A DNA stretch of 64,000 bases from Rhodothermales bacterium (GTDB lineage: Bacteria; Bacteroidota; Rhodothermia; Rhodothermales; JABDKH01): contig JANQRN010000087.1 of the NCBI GenBank assembly GCA_028284545.1, positions 6,082 through 70,081 on the forward strand, read 5' to 3'. Made by a program: the position numbers and the translations under genes. The first letter of the stretch is position 1, and the number at the start of each line of letters is the position of its first letter. Below, piece after piece: positions 47,304 to 57,091 of the stretch. The notes below the pieces were generated by a model, which did no database searches, was not told the origin of the DNA, and saw only the letters and a program-made list of their open reading frames with translations.

Positions 47304-47993
47304 GTGTTGGCCCAATCATCCATGTCTTCACGATTGTATTCATTGTTTTCCAAGCGGAATCTGGCAGGCGGCATCGCAGTGCTGAGTCTCGCAGGATTGA
47401 GTTGGACGTTCGCGGGGCCGACGATTGTCGTTGAGTCACCCCTGCCCGCCATCGAACCAATCTCGCCGCATCAGTACGTTGTAGTCGACGGCGCGCGATA
47501 CACGCGGCCGTTGAGCGACTGGTCAACGCTTCCGAACGTAGCGCCGGAGTTGCTTGACGAAGAGACAATCTGGCTGGCACGATGCATCTTCTCAGAGACT
47601 AAAGATCCGCGTGAGATGGAGCTTGTTGCCTGGGTCGTCCGCAATCGCGTCGAGACAGGTTACCGTGGTCGCACCTCTTACAAGTCGGTCGTGCTCGACC
47701 CGTTCCAGTTCAGCGCGTTCAACGAGGACGCCGTGACGCGTGACTTCTACGGATCCCTGGAGAAGGGTCATCGTTTTCTCGGATGGCAGGAGGCTCTTCG
47801 CATCGCATATCTGGTGAAGACCGATGATGGGCGCCGCCGTCCGTTCTCAGAGATGACTCGCCACTTCTACTCGGAGGTGTCGATGATTGGGCGCACGTCC
47901 CCGAACTGGAGCTCCGGCTACGAACCCGTGACCCCGCCTGACGAGTTTGACGTAGACGAGCGTCGTTTCCGGTTCTTCGAGGACATCTCCTGA
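47304..47993 (+). CDS. Cell wall hydrolase (SleB/Hydrolase_2-like)
   Basis: An N-terminal anchor is followed by WLARCIFSETKDPREMELVAWVVRNRV...VVLDPFQFSAFN. Confidence 0.7.
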   Translation: MLAQSSMSSRLYSLFSKRNLAGGIAVLSLAGLSWTFAGPTIVVESPLPAIEPISPHQYVVVDGARYTRPLSDWSTLPNVAPELLDEETIWLARCIFSETKDPREMELVAWVVRNRVETGYRGRTSYKSVVLDPFQFSAFNEDAVTRDFYGSLEKGHRFLGWQEALRIAYLVKTDDGRRRPFSEMTRHFYSEVSMIGRTSPNWSSGYEPVTPPDEFDVDERRFRFFEDIS

Positions 47994-48007
47994 AGCCGTC
48001 TCGCGAC

Positions 48008-49051
48008 GTGTCCTCGCTCGAAGTATCGGGTTTCTATCGGGTAACAGGCGCACTCTGTACCGTCTTTGTTCTCGCGGCCGTCTCCCTGCTGGCCGGCTGC
48101 AGAACTTCCGGATCGGGCACGTCTGCAACGTGGTCCACCTTCTCGCCACAGCCGCCGCCCGCCTATCGGTATCCTGAAGGCATTCGCCTCGCCACACTGA
48201 ACACTGAGTTTCTGTTTGACGGCGTGGGCCGCGAGGGGGAGGCGAACTTCCCGAGAAAAGGGGATTCGCTTGCGGCGAGACGACACCGTGATCGCGTCGC
48301 ACGTATCATCAGATGGATTGATCCACATGTGATCGTGCTCCAGGAGGTCGAGAATGAGAACACGCTCAACCTTCTGCTCGCCGAGTCTCTTTCAGACATG
48401 GCATTCTCGGCGCATCTGATCCCGGGCCGCGACTTCTTCACGGGGCAAAACGTGGCCGTCCTCAGTCGGCTGCCGGTCGACGAGGTGGAGCGGACAGACA
48501 TGATGGTGCGAGCCGGGCCCGGCGGCCATTTTCAAAACGTCAGCAAGAACATCATTGTTCGGCTGGATCTTGCGGGAATTCCAACAACGCTGATCGGTGT
48601 ACACTTCCTCGCCCGCCCAGACGACCCGAACCGGAAGGACAAGCGCGAGGCTCAGGCAGAGATTATCCGCAGAGTTGCCGCGGAGGAGATCGACCAGGGA
48701 CGCGCAGTCGCCGTTGTGGGTGACTTCAACGATTTTGATGCAGGAACCCGCGACATCGCCGGCAACCAGCCGATCACCAACGTTATGCAGACCATCAGGT
48801 CTGCCGGTCCCGGACCTCACGACGACCTGCACAACGTGATGGCCGATATCCCTCAATCGAAACGGTTCACGTCGCATTGGGACCGAAACGAGAACGAGGT
48901 GACCGAAGCGACCGAGCTGTCAGCGGTTGATCACATCCTCCTGTCACCGGAACTATACCGTCGCGTGCGCGAAGTGCAGTTCATCCATTCGCACGACCCG
49001 GCGGCCGTGACCGACCATTTCCCGATTGTGGTCGGGCTGGAGTCGCGATGA
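48008..49051 (+). CDS. Endonuclease/exonuclease/phosphatase (EEP) family lipoprotein
   Basis: The lipobox is LLAGCRTS. LATLNTEFLFD, VIVLQEVEN, GDFND and a C-terminal TDHFPIVV are EEP motifs. Confidence 0.75.
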   Translation: MSSLEVSGFYRVTGALCTVFVLAAVSLLAGCRTSGSGTSATWSTFSPQPPPAYRYPEGIRLATLNTEFLFDGVGREGEANFPRKGDSLAARRHRDRVARIIRWIDPHVIVLQEVENENTLNLLLAESLSDMAFSAHLIPGRDFFTGQNVAVLSRLPVDEVERTDMMVRAGPGGHFQNVSKNIIVRLDLAGIPTTLIGVHFLARPDDPNRKDKREAQAEIIRRVAAEEIDQGRAVAVVGDFNDFDAGTRDIAGNQPITNVMQTIRSAGPGPHDDLHNVMADIPQSKRFTSHWDRNENEVTEATELSAVDHILLSPELYRRVREVQFIHSHDPAAVTDHFPIVVGLESR

Positions 49052-49058
49052 GGACAGA

Positions 49059-49703
49059 CTAGAATCTTAGTCCGACGCGAAGCATAACCGCGTTCTGCGG
49101 GGAGACTTCCACGGGCGTGAAGTCAGCACCTGCAATATCAAATGTCTCTCCATCCCGGAAGAACCGAGTGATGCTTCGGGCGAACCTTATCTCCGGGATG
49201 ACGGCCACGTCGGATCCCGGAAGTGACAACTCGACACCGCCGCCGATATTCGCCGAGACGTTCAGCTCGCGCAACGCATCCTGGAACGAATCATCCGTCG
49301 TACTTGAGAAACCGACAACGGGACCGGCGAAGACGTACGGAGCAAGGGCACTCGCCTGGACCAGCTTGATGCGAACATCAACGGGGACCTCGATCGACGT
49401 CAGGGCAAGTTCGCGAAACCGGCCATCCTCGACGAGTTTCACCTCACCAAAATCGCGAAAATAAACGCCGGGCTGGACCGACACCCGACCTGCGCCAAGA
49501 TTGAAGAACAACCCTACGTGATAGCCGGTTGCCCGATCAAAAGTGGCGCGCGCGTCGAGTGCGTCAAGGTCGCCGAGGTCTTCGAAATTGGCACCGGCCG
49601 CAACTCCGAACTGCGCCACAGCGTCATTAGCGGGGACTGCCATCAACGTCGCCGTAAGAACGGCGAGCGCAAACTGTAATCTGACGTCTTTCGTGTACCG
49701 CAT
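49059..49703 (-). CDS. Small outer-membrane beta-barrel protein (OmpA-beta-barrel/porin-like)
   Basis: The ATG at 49703 gives MRYTKDVRLQFALAVLTATLMAVPANDAVAQ. Alternating hydrophobic strands end in LRVGLRF. Confidence 0.6.
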   Translation of the reverse strand: MRYTKDVRLQFALAVLTATLMAVPANDAVAQFGVAAGANFEDLGDLDALDARATFDRATGYHVGLFFNLGAGRVSVQPGVYFRDFGEVKLVEDGRFRELALTSIEVPVDVRIKLVQASALAPYVFAGPVVGFSSTTDDSFQDALRELNVSANIGGGVELSLPGSDVAVIPEIRFARSITRFFRDGETFDIAGADFTPVEVSPQNAVMLRVGLRF

Positions 49704-50052
49704 GCCGGTATTGATTTGAATTTGGCAACCTGCGAACCTCGGCATCGGCCGGGTGTTCCAGAGACACTCCGTTGCCACTCGGCCTCACTCCGGTGGTCTC
49801 CGGGGGTTGCGTGGCGACATGCAACTATAGCGCCATGCCGGAGTAATGCAGACAACCTCGTAGCAGGCGTCGTGCGAAAGTCGCGCGGCGGTCCCCAAGA
49901 GGCCAACGAAGCCAATTACAAACTTCAAGCACCTTGCATTCGAAAGAGACGATAGCGTGACCTGTCGATTCGGCAAGACGGTCAGCGTCCTCTATCTGCA
50001 ACGTGGCGTCGTAAGGCCAGTGGGTAACGCCGGCAAGCGCCAACTTCGTAAC

Positions 50053-50097
50053 CGGATAACCTCCTAGTCGGACAACCTCCTAGACGGACAACCTGCA
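50053..50097 (+). repeat. Tandem 16-nt repeat (2.8 copies) abutting the bshA start codon
   Basis: The copies are CGGATAACCTCCTAGT, CGGACAACCTCCTAGA and CGGACAACCTGCA, followed directly by the ATG. This was read from the sequence. Confidence 0.8.
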
Positions 50098-51243
50098 ATG
50101 AAAATTGGGATCACCTGCTACCCAGTCTACGGAGGGAGTGGCGTCGTCGCGACAGAGCTCGGCAAAGCGCTCGCGACCCGCGGCCACGAGATTCACTTCA
50201 TCGCATATTCGATGCCCTTCAGGCTCGAGAACCTGTCGGAGAACATCTTCTTCCATGAGGTGGATGTCAACACGTATCCGCTATTCGAGTATCCGAACTA
50301 CTCGCTGAACCTGACCAGCAAGATGGTCGACATCGCGCGATATGAAGAGCTCGACCTGTTGCACGTTCACTATGCCATTCCGCACGCTACGAGTGCAGTT
50401 CTCGCGCGTCAGATCCTTGCCGGCGAGGGCTACAAAATCCCGATCGTCACGACACTACACGGAACCGACATCACGATTGTTGGGCGTGATCCGTCGTTCA
50501 AGCCGGTTGTTAACTACTCGATAAACGAGTCTGACGGCGTCACCGCGGTTTCCGACTACCTGCGCCGAGAAACCTTCTGCCGCTTTGACATCTCGCGGGA
50601 CATCCAGGTCATCCCCAACTTCATCGACACCACCCGTTTCCGTCGTCAAAACAAGGAGCATTTTCGCCGTGCCGTTTGTCCGAACGGCGAGAAGGTGATG
50701 GTGCACATTTCAAACTTCCGCCCGGTAAAGAACGCGACGCAGGTGGTCGAGGTGTTTCATCGGCTGCGATCACACGGCCTCCCGGTCAAGCTGCTGATGG
50801 TAGGCGACGGACCCGAACGCGCACCCGCTGAACACCTCTCTCGGGAACTCGGAGTCTACGAAGACATCCGGTTTCTTGGTAAGCAGCAGCCCGTCGAAGA
50901 GATCCTGTCCATCGCCGACGTATTCCTGATGCCGAGTGGCTCTGAAACGTTTGGGCTGGCGGCGTTGGAAGCGATGGCGTGCAACGTCCCAGTCGTTGCG
51001 AGCAACATCGGTGGCTTGCCGGAACTGATCGAGGATGGGGTATCGGGCTACCTTTGCCCGTTAGATGATGTCGATGCGTTTACCGACCGCGTGCTTGCCA
51101 TTCTTTCCAGCGACGACAACCTCGCTTCCATGTCTGCGGCGGCTCGAAGACGAGCAGAGCACTTCGACCAGGAACGCATCGTACCCATGTATGAATCGCA
51201 CTACTCCAGCGTGGTGCAGCGGGCCGAAGCGCTAAGTGTCTAG
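50098..51243 (+). CDS. bshA: N-acetyl-alpha-D-glucosaminyl L-malate synthase (bacillithiol biosynthesis GT4)
   Basis: MKIGITCYPVYGGSGVVATELGKALATRGHEIHFI and the GT4 C-terminal EGFGLA-like motif ETFGLAALEAMA. Confidence 0.85.
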   Translation: MKIGITCYPVYGGSGVVATELGKALATRGHEIHFIAYSMPFRLENLSENIFFHEVDVNTYPLFEYPNYSLNLTSKMVDIARYEELDLLHVHYAIPHATSAVLARQILAGEGYKIPIVTTLHGTDITIVGRDPSFKPVVNYSINESDGVTAVSDYLRRETFCRFDISRDIQVIPNFIDTTRFRRQNKEHFRRAVCPNGEKVMVHISNFRPVKNATQVVEVFHRLRSHGLPVKLLMVGDGPERAPAEHLSRELGVYEDIRFLGKQQPVEEILSIADVFLMPSGSETFGLAALEAMACNVPVVASNIGGLPELIEDGVSGYLCPLDDVDAFTDRVLAILSSDDNLASMSAAARRRAEHFDQERIVPMYESHYSSVVQRAEALSV

Positions 51244-51917
51244 TCCTGGAGAAAGGGGTTCGTAGCGCGTTCATGCCCGATAGTTGTATGCGGGCCGTGA
51301 CCGCAATAAACAACTACGTCGTCGTTCAGTCGCATGAGCTCACGCTCGATGGACTCGCGCAGAATCGCAAACGAACCTTCCCATAGGTCGGTGCGACCTA
51401 CGCTACCGTTGAACAAGACGTCCCCGACCAACGCAAACCCGTTCGCCTCATCCACGAAGGTGACCGACCCGGGAGAATGGCCAGGCGTATGTCGGACGCT
51501 CCACGTAGCGCCAAGGACCTCGATTTCTTCGAACTCGTCCAGATTGGCGTCGATCTGCGGCGCCCCCGCGAACGGAACACCGAACATCGATGCCTGCTGT
51601 GGAGCCTGCTGATACAAAGGCATGTCTGCCGGATGCAGTTCCCAGGTGACGTTGAAACGCCGCGAAAGCGCTTCACATCCAAAAATGTGGTCGATGTGCG
51701 CGTGCGTCAGCAGCGCCCGAACCACGCGAAGCCCATGTGCTGCGATGTAGCTCACGACCTTTTCGACCTCCGCCGGACTCGCCGGGCTCGCGTCGACGAT
51801 AACGGCCTCTTGCCCGTCATGAACAACGTAACATGTTGTTGAGAACGGGTTGCAAGTAAATTCCTTCACGGTCAGCGTCCCGTGGACCCTGCCTTTTGCG
51901 GCCGTCTGCTGTTGCAT
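51240..51917 (-). CDS. MBL-fold metallo-hydrolase (glyoxalase II-like)
   Basis: THAHIDH (HxHxDH) and TPGHSPGS motifs. Confidence 0.85.
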   Translation of the reverse strand: MQQQTAAKGRVHGTLTVKEFTCNPFSTTCYVVHDGQEAVIVDASPASPAEVEKVVSYIAAHGLRVVRALLTHAHIDHIFGCEALSRRFNVTWELHPADMPLYQQAPQQASMFGVPFAGAPQIDANLDEFEEIEVLGATWSVRHTPGHSPGSVTFVDEANGFALVGDVLFNGSVGRTDLWEGSFAILRESIERELMRLNDDVVVYCGHGPHTTIGHERATNPFLQD

Positions 51918-52019
51918 GTGCTGTGGCTTTGAGCGCGTGGAGAATCAGTATTCAGCGGTGGGCGTATTAGGGCGATCCCACCCGGAGTAGGAGATCTTCA
52001 AACCCGCCCGAAAGCGAAC

Positions 52020-53453
52020 GTGCTGACGAGATTCAACAGGATGGTGCTACGCATGCTGCCAGGCCCCTTTTTCGGCTGGCTCGCTGCGCTGATGTTCCTG
52101 CTGTTGATGCAGTTCCTCATCAAACACATGCCGGATCTCGTGGGTAAGGGGCTCCCCCTGGCAGCTGTCCTGGAGCTGATCATATACAGCCTCGCGTACA
52201 TGCTTGTTCTCGCGGTCCCGATGTCTGTACTCATCGCGACGCTGATGGTGTTCGGGCGCCTGGCCGAGACGCGTTCCTACGCCGTTATGAAGAGCTGTGG
52301 CGTTTCGTTCCTACAGCTCACCTGGCCAACCGCGGTCGCTGCGGCGATGCTCGTAGGCGGTATGACATACTTCAACACGATCGTGCTACCAGAGTCGAAC
52401 TTTCGCGCAAAAGTCTTGTGGCAGGACATCCGGCAGAAGCGCCCGGGCTTTGTACTCGAACCGGGCGTCTTCTACGAGGGTGTTTCTGACTACTCGATTC
52501 TCGTAAAAGACATCGACCACCAGTCCGGCGCGCTCTCGGATGTGACCGTTTTCGATTACACCGACGGGCCGCAGTCCAGAGCGGAGATCAAGGCGGCGGG
52601 CGGCCTTCTTGAAACGCGGAATAACGGAGCGCGAGTTGTGCTGACGCTCACCGACGGCGAAGTGCATCGGCTGGACAAGGACAACCGCGATGGGGCACCA
52701 GATCGCTACGAGCGGATACAATTCGACAAACACGTACTCGGGTTTTCGATCGACGACCTGCAGTTCTCCCGGACCGACCCAAGTGAGGGCCGTCGTTCAG
52801 ACCGAACAATGAGAACGGTTGACATGGTCCGCCTTGTCGACTCGCTAAAGGCGTCTGTCGCCGCGGCGCGGAGGGGTTTGATGCTCAATGCCCCAGGCAT
52901 CGACTCGACGTTTCTTGGTCTCGATGAGGACGCGGCGCTACCGTCGCCTGCATCGGCAGGGGGCGACGCCAATCCCGTACCGGGCCGCGTCGCACTCGCA
53001 AACCTGGACCGCGATGAAGTCCGTAACGTGTACGTTGATGCCGCCGGCGCGGCCAGGCTCGTGCGCGGCGAAATAGACGATGTCTCCCGAACGGTGCATT
53101 GGCAGGAGCAGCGTATCAACCGGTACTCGGTTGAAATCCACAAGAAGTACTCGATTGCGGTAGCGTGCCTGGTCTTCCTTCTCGTTGCCGCACCACTTGG
53201 TCTTAGCATGCGCCGCAGCAGCCTGGCTATGACCGGGGCTGTTGCCATGGGGATCTTCGTCTTCTACTGGGTCACGCTGGTCTGGGGAGAAAAGCTCGCA
53301 GACCGCGACAAGATTGAACCAGGCGTCGGTATGTGGATCGCGAACGTGGTGACGTTGGCTTTCGCGATCTATCTCGTGGCGTACGTGACACTCGACCTGC
53401 AAGCGACGCAGCCGCTGCACCGGCGGATTATCGACAAGATCCGCGGCCGATAG
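52020..53453 (+). CDS. LptF/LptG-family (YjgP/YjgQ) permease
   Basis: Three N-terminal transmembrane helices, a large periplasmic insert, then three C-terminal helices with YSVEIHKKYSIAVACLVF. The start codon is GTG. Confidence 0.8.
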   Translation: MLTRFNRMVLRMLPGPFFGWLAALMFLLLMQFLIKHMPDLVGKGLPLAAVLELIIYSLAYMLVLAVPMSVLIATLMVFGRLAETRSYAVMKSCGVSFLQLTWPTAVAAAMLVGGMTYFNTIVLPESNFRAKVLWQDIRQKRPGFVLEPGVFYEGVSDYSILVKDIDHQSGALSDVTVFDYTDGPQSRAEIKAAGGLLETRNNGARVVLTLTDGEVHRLDKDNRDGAPDRYERIQFDKHVLGFSIDDLQFSRTDPSEGRRSDRTMRTVDMVRLVDSLKASVAAARRGLMLNAPGIDSTFLGLDEDAALPSPASAGGDANPVPGRVALANLDRDEVRNVYVDAAGAARLVRGEIDDVSRTVHWQEQRINRYSVEIHKKYSIAVACLVFLLVAAPLGLSMRRSSLAMTGAVAMGIFVFYWVTLVWGEKLADRDKIEPGVGMWIANVVTLAFAIYLVAYVTLDLQATQPLHRRIIDKIRGR

Positions 53454-53455
53454 TC

Positions 53456-54130
53456 ATGTTGTATCTGGTCCCCACCCCGGTCGGCAACCTCGAGGACATC
53501 ACGCTCAGGGCGCTACGCGTCCTCAAAGAGGTAGACGTGATCGCGTGCGAGGACACGAGGACAACGCGTGTGCTGCTCGATCGCCATGAGATCGCGACGC
53601 CGTGCCTGAGTTACCACGATCACAACGAACGAACCCGCGCTCCGCAGCTTGTCGACAGGATCGCGAGGGGAGAATCGGTCGCACTCGTCACCGACGCGGG
53701 TAGCCCCGGCGTCTCCGATCCAGGATTCTATCTCGTGCGGGAGTGCGTCAGGGCCGGCGTAGATGTTACCGCTCTGCCCGGACCAACGGCCGTTATCCCG
53801 GCGCTTACTGTCTCCGGACTACCGTGCGATCGATTCTGCTTTGACGGTTTCCTTCCGGTAAAAAAGGGACGCCAGACGAGGCTCGAACACCTCCGCGGCG
53901 AAATCCGGACGATAGTGCTCTACGAATCGCCTCACCGCATTGGCCGAACGCTCGGGGATCTCGAGTCGACCCTGGGGGCTGATCGGCCCGCTGCGGTCGT
54001 TCGGGAACTATCAAAGAAGTTCGAGGAGGTATCGCGTGGCACACTGGCGCAGCTCTCCGAACAATTTGGCTCGGGACGCGTGCGGGGTGAGCTGGTCATC
54101 ATTGTTGCTCCGCCCCAACGGGGCCAATAA
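53456..54130 (+). CDS. rsmI: 16S rRNA (cytidine1402-2'-O)-methyltransferase
   Basis: The ATG at 53456 gives MLYLVPTPVGNLEDITLRALRVLKEVDVIACEDTR. Confidence 0.9.
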   Translation: MLYLVPTPVGNLEDITLRALRVLKEVDVIACEDTRTTRVLLDRHEIATPCLSYHDHNERTRAPQLVDRIARGESVALVTDAGSPGVSDPGFYLVRECVRAGVDVTALPGPTAVIPALTVSGLPCDRFCFDGFLPVKKGRQTRLEHLRGEIRTIVLYESPHRIGRTLGDLESTLGADRPAAVVRELSKKFEEVSRGTLAQLSEQFGSGRVRGELVIIVAPPQRGQ

Positions 54131-54217
54131 ATCCGGTATATTCTTCGTTTCCTCAGCGGCCCGACGGCGAACTCGCGTGGCCGCCGTTCCATTCCTGATA
54201 CCCTGAACTCCTAGACC

Positions 54218-57079
54218 ATGACCTGGAAGAAAACAGAGCGCATTGTAGGCTTCTGCGTGTTGGCGTACGCTCTGGTTTTGTACATCCTGACCGTCTCACC
54301 GACAGCGTCTTTCTGGGATTCCGGCGAGTTCATCGCCATTGCGGACAAGCTCGAGGTGTCGCACCCGCCCGGCGCGCCCTTCTTCATGCTCGTTGGTCGT
54401 CTATTCGCAATGTTCATCCCGCAGTCGCATGTCGCACTGGCGGTGAACATGGTGTCGGTGCTAGCCAGCGCCATTACGGTCCTCCTTACGTACCTGATCG
54501 TCGTGCGATTGGTGCGTGAGTGGCAGGGTGAGCAGTCCGGGGGTGGAGTCGAACAGTTTGCAGCGATCGCTGGTGGTGTGATTGCAGCCTGCACGTTTGC
54601 CGTGACCGACTCGTTCTGGTTCAACGCGGTGGAAGCCGAGGTGTACGCGCTATCAATGCTCTTCACCTCAGTCGTCGTCTGGCTGGTGATGGTGTGGAGC
54701 GAGAAGGCAAGAGAGGAAGAAGCGATGCTCGGCACGAGCACGAGTCCGTTCAGCCTTGCGGCAAACCGCTACCTCATTCTCATCGCGTACCTCTTTGGCC
54801 TCGCGATCGGCGTTCACCTGCTTAACCTGCTGGCAATCTTCTTCATCGCGCTGATCGTTTTCTTCAACGAGTACGACAAGCCCGACTGGACCACGCAGCA
54901 GCGCGTGATTGGGATAACGGTGACGGGCGTCGTTTCGGTTGTGGCCTTTGGCATCGTCTACCCCGGTGTAGTTCAATACTTGCCGACCCTTGCCGGGCAG
55001 TTCAACAGTCTGCTGGCGTTCGGAGTTACGCTGGGAGCACTGGTCGTCTTTTCGATCTGGTGGACCCACAAGAACCATCACCCGGTCGCCAACCTGATCG
55101 CAGTGAGCTTCGCCCTGGTTCTTATCGGATACTCGACCTACGCGCTGATCTTCATCCGCAGCGCGGCGAATCCACCGATTGACGAAAACGACCCGGAGAC
55201 GACGGAGGCCATAGTCTCCTATTTGAAGCGCGAGCAGTATGGACAGACGCCGTTGTTGTCAGGCAAGACGTACGACAACGCCACGGGTACCCAGACCATT
55301 CGCGACGTGCGGCTTCCACGACGATGGTCACCCGAGCCCACGCACGTCCGGGTTTATCAGGCGTACAGCTCTGATGCAGAGTTTTTCTGGAAGTACCAGG
55401 TGGGTCATATGTACCTGCGATACTTCTTATGGAATTTTTCGGGACGTGCATCCGACGTTCAGGATGCCCCTGCGATCACTGGACTGCAGTCGGAGGCAGG
55501 GCGCGAGTACCTGATGCAGACTCCAAGCGAAAAGGCGTCCCGAAACGTCTACTTCATGCTCCCACTCTTGCTGGGGTTGTTCGGTGCCCTCTACCACGTG
55601 CGCCGCGACTGGCGCCGTGCGCTCGCCGTGTTCGCACTCTTCTTCGTTGCTGGCATCGGGATCATCATCTACCTGAATCAAACCCCGAACCAACCCCGTG
55701 AGCGGGACTACGCGTACGTCGCCAGCTTCTTTGCGTTCGCGCTCTGGGTCGGAATCGGGGCCACCGGCATCATCGAGTCGCTTGCGGCTCGACTGGGGGC
55801 GAACGACAAACCGTCCTCGGTCCTTTACGGCGTATCAGCCATCTTATTCATGGCGGTACCCGGGTGGATGTTGTACCAGAACTACGACGATCACGATCGC
55901 TCGGGACGGTATGTTGCGCCAGACTACGCCTACAACATGCTGATGAGCGTGGCAGATAATGCCGTGCTATTTACAAACGGCGACAACGACACCTTCCCGC
56001 TGTGGTATTTGCAGGAAGTCGAGGGAGTGCGCCGTGACGTACGCGTGACCAACCTTTCCCTCTTGAACACTCCGTGGTACATCCGGCAGCTCAAGAACCA
56101 GGCGTCGCGAGAATCGGATCCGCTGCCAATCTCGCTGCCCGACGACGTTATCGATGACATCAGTGTCACGCTCTGGAACCCCCGGGAGGTTACTCTTCCC
56201 GTTGACAAAACGCTCTTTGCGGAATCTGGAGACCTGCGTGTCAACGTGGGTGATACGAGCCTCATCGAAAGCCCTATGACGTGGCGACTTGAAGGGCGCC
56301 CCTACCCGTTCGCGGAGCCCAACATTCTCTATGCCGCCGACCAGGCCGCACTGAACATCGTCGTGACGAATGCGCAAAACAACTGGGAGCGGCCGATTTA
56401 CTTTGCCGTTACTGTCAGTCCCGACGGGCAGCTGGACCTTCAGGACTACTTCCAGCTTGAGGGCCAGGCGTTCCGAATCGTTCCGATCAAGAATGAAGAC
56501 CCGAGCCAACTAGGTCGCGTCAATCCCGGGATTACTCCCGAGCGATTGAAGCAATTTCGATTCCGTCGGACCAATGATCCGGATGTCTACTTCGATGACA
56601 ATATTCGAAGCATGCTGGATAACTACCGGAACGTCTTCTCGCACACGGCCGAGGCCCTTGTCGAAAGCGGTGACCAAGAAGGTGCGATTGAGCTGCTCGA
56701 TCTGATCATGGAGCAACTTCCTTTCGATGTCATCCCTGGCGACGAGATGTCATTCCTGTTGATGGCCCGAGCATACCAGTCCGCCGGCGAGGATGACGCC
56801 AGCCTGTCGCTGATCAAACAGATGGAGCCTGTGGTTGTGCATCGCCTTCGGCATTCGTTTAATCAGCGCGAGCAGGAATACCTGGGTCGATTTGTGCAGA
56901 TGATTCGCGCATCCTACCTGCAGGCGGGCGACTTTGAGGCGGCGGCCGCGTTCTCGGGCGAAATCGCAGAGATCGCTGGTGACTCATCGTACCGACAGAC
57001 GGCCGAAGAACTGCGACGGCTAATGCAAGGATTCGATTCCGCCGTCGACACGGCCACAGGCGGTGGCGGTCAAGACTAA
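54218..57079 (+). CDS. DUF2723 (GT-C-like, TMEM260-type) polytopic membrane protein with C-terminal helical repeats
   Basis: The N-terminus reads YILTVSPTASFWDSGEFIA...SHPPGAPFF. About 10 transmembrane helices are followed by a soluble TPR-like tail. Confidence 0.8.
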   Translation: MTWKKTERIVGFCVLAYALVLYILTVSPTASFWDSGEFIAIADKLEVSHPPGAPFFMLVGRLFAMFIPQSHVALAVNMVSVLASAITVLLTYLIVVRLVREWQGEQSGGGVEQFAAIAGGVIAACTFAVTDSFWFNAVEAEVYALSMLFTSVVVWLVMVWSEKAREEEAMLGTSTSPFSLAANRYLILIAYLFGLAIGVHLLNLLAIFFIALIVFFNEYDKPDWTTQQRVIGITVTGVVSVVAFGIVYPGVVQYLPTLAGQFNSLLAFGVTLGALVVFSIWWTHKNHHPVANLIAVSFALVLIGYSTYALIFIRSAANPPIDENDPETTEAIVSYLKREQYGQTPLLSGKTYDNATGTQTIRDVRLPRRWSPEPTHVRVYQAYSSDAEFFWKYQVGHMYLRYFLWNFSGRASDVQDAPAITGLQSEAGREYLMQTPSEKASRNVYFMLPLLLGLFGALYHVRRDWRRALAVFALFFVAGIGIIIYLNQTPNQPRERDYAYVASFFAFALWVGIGATGIIESLAARLGANDKPSSVLYGVSAILFMAVPGWMLYQNYDDHDRSGRYVAPDYAYNMLMSVADNAVLFTNGDNDTFPLWYLQEVEGVRRDVRVTNLSLLNTPWYIRQLKNQASRESDPLPISLPDDVIDDISVTLWNPREVTLPVDKTLFAESGDLRVNVGDTSLIESPMTWRLEGRPYPFAEPNILYAADQAALNIVVTNAQNNWERPIYFAVTVSPDGQLDLQDYFQLEGQAFRIVPIKNEDPSQLGRVNPGITPERLKQFRFRRTNDPDVYFDDNIRSMLDNYRNVFSHTAEALVESGDQEGAIELLDLIMEQLPFDVIPGDEMSFLLMARAYQSAGEDDASLSLIKQMEPVVVHRLRHSFNQREQEYLGRFVQMIRASYLQAGDFEAAAAFSGEIAEIAGDSSYRQTAEELRRLMQGFDSAVDTATGGGGQD

Positions 57080-57091
57080 CTGATCAACGCG

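Noticed and set aside
49825-50043. A 72-aa minus-strand ORF downstream of the SD-like TAGGAGGTT sites in the bshA spacer.
   Set aside because: Its TTG start lies 16 nt from the nearest AGGAGG. It has no recognisable motif and a Trp/Arg/Cys-rich composition.
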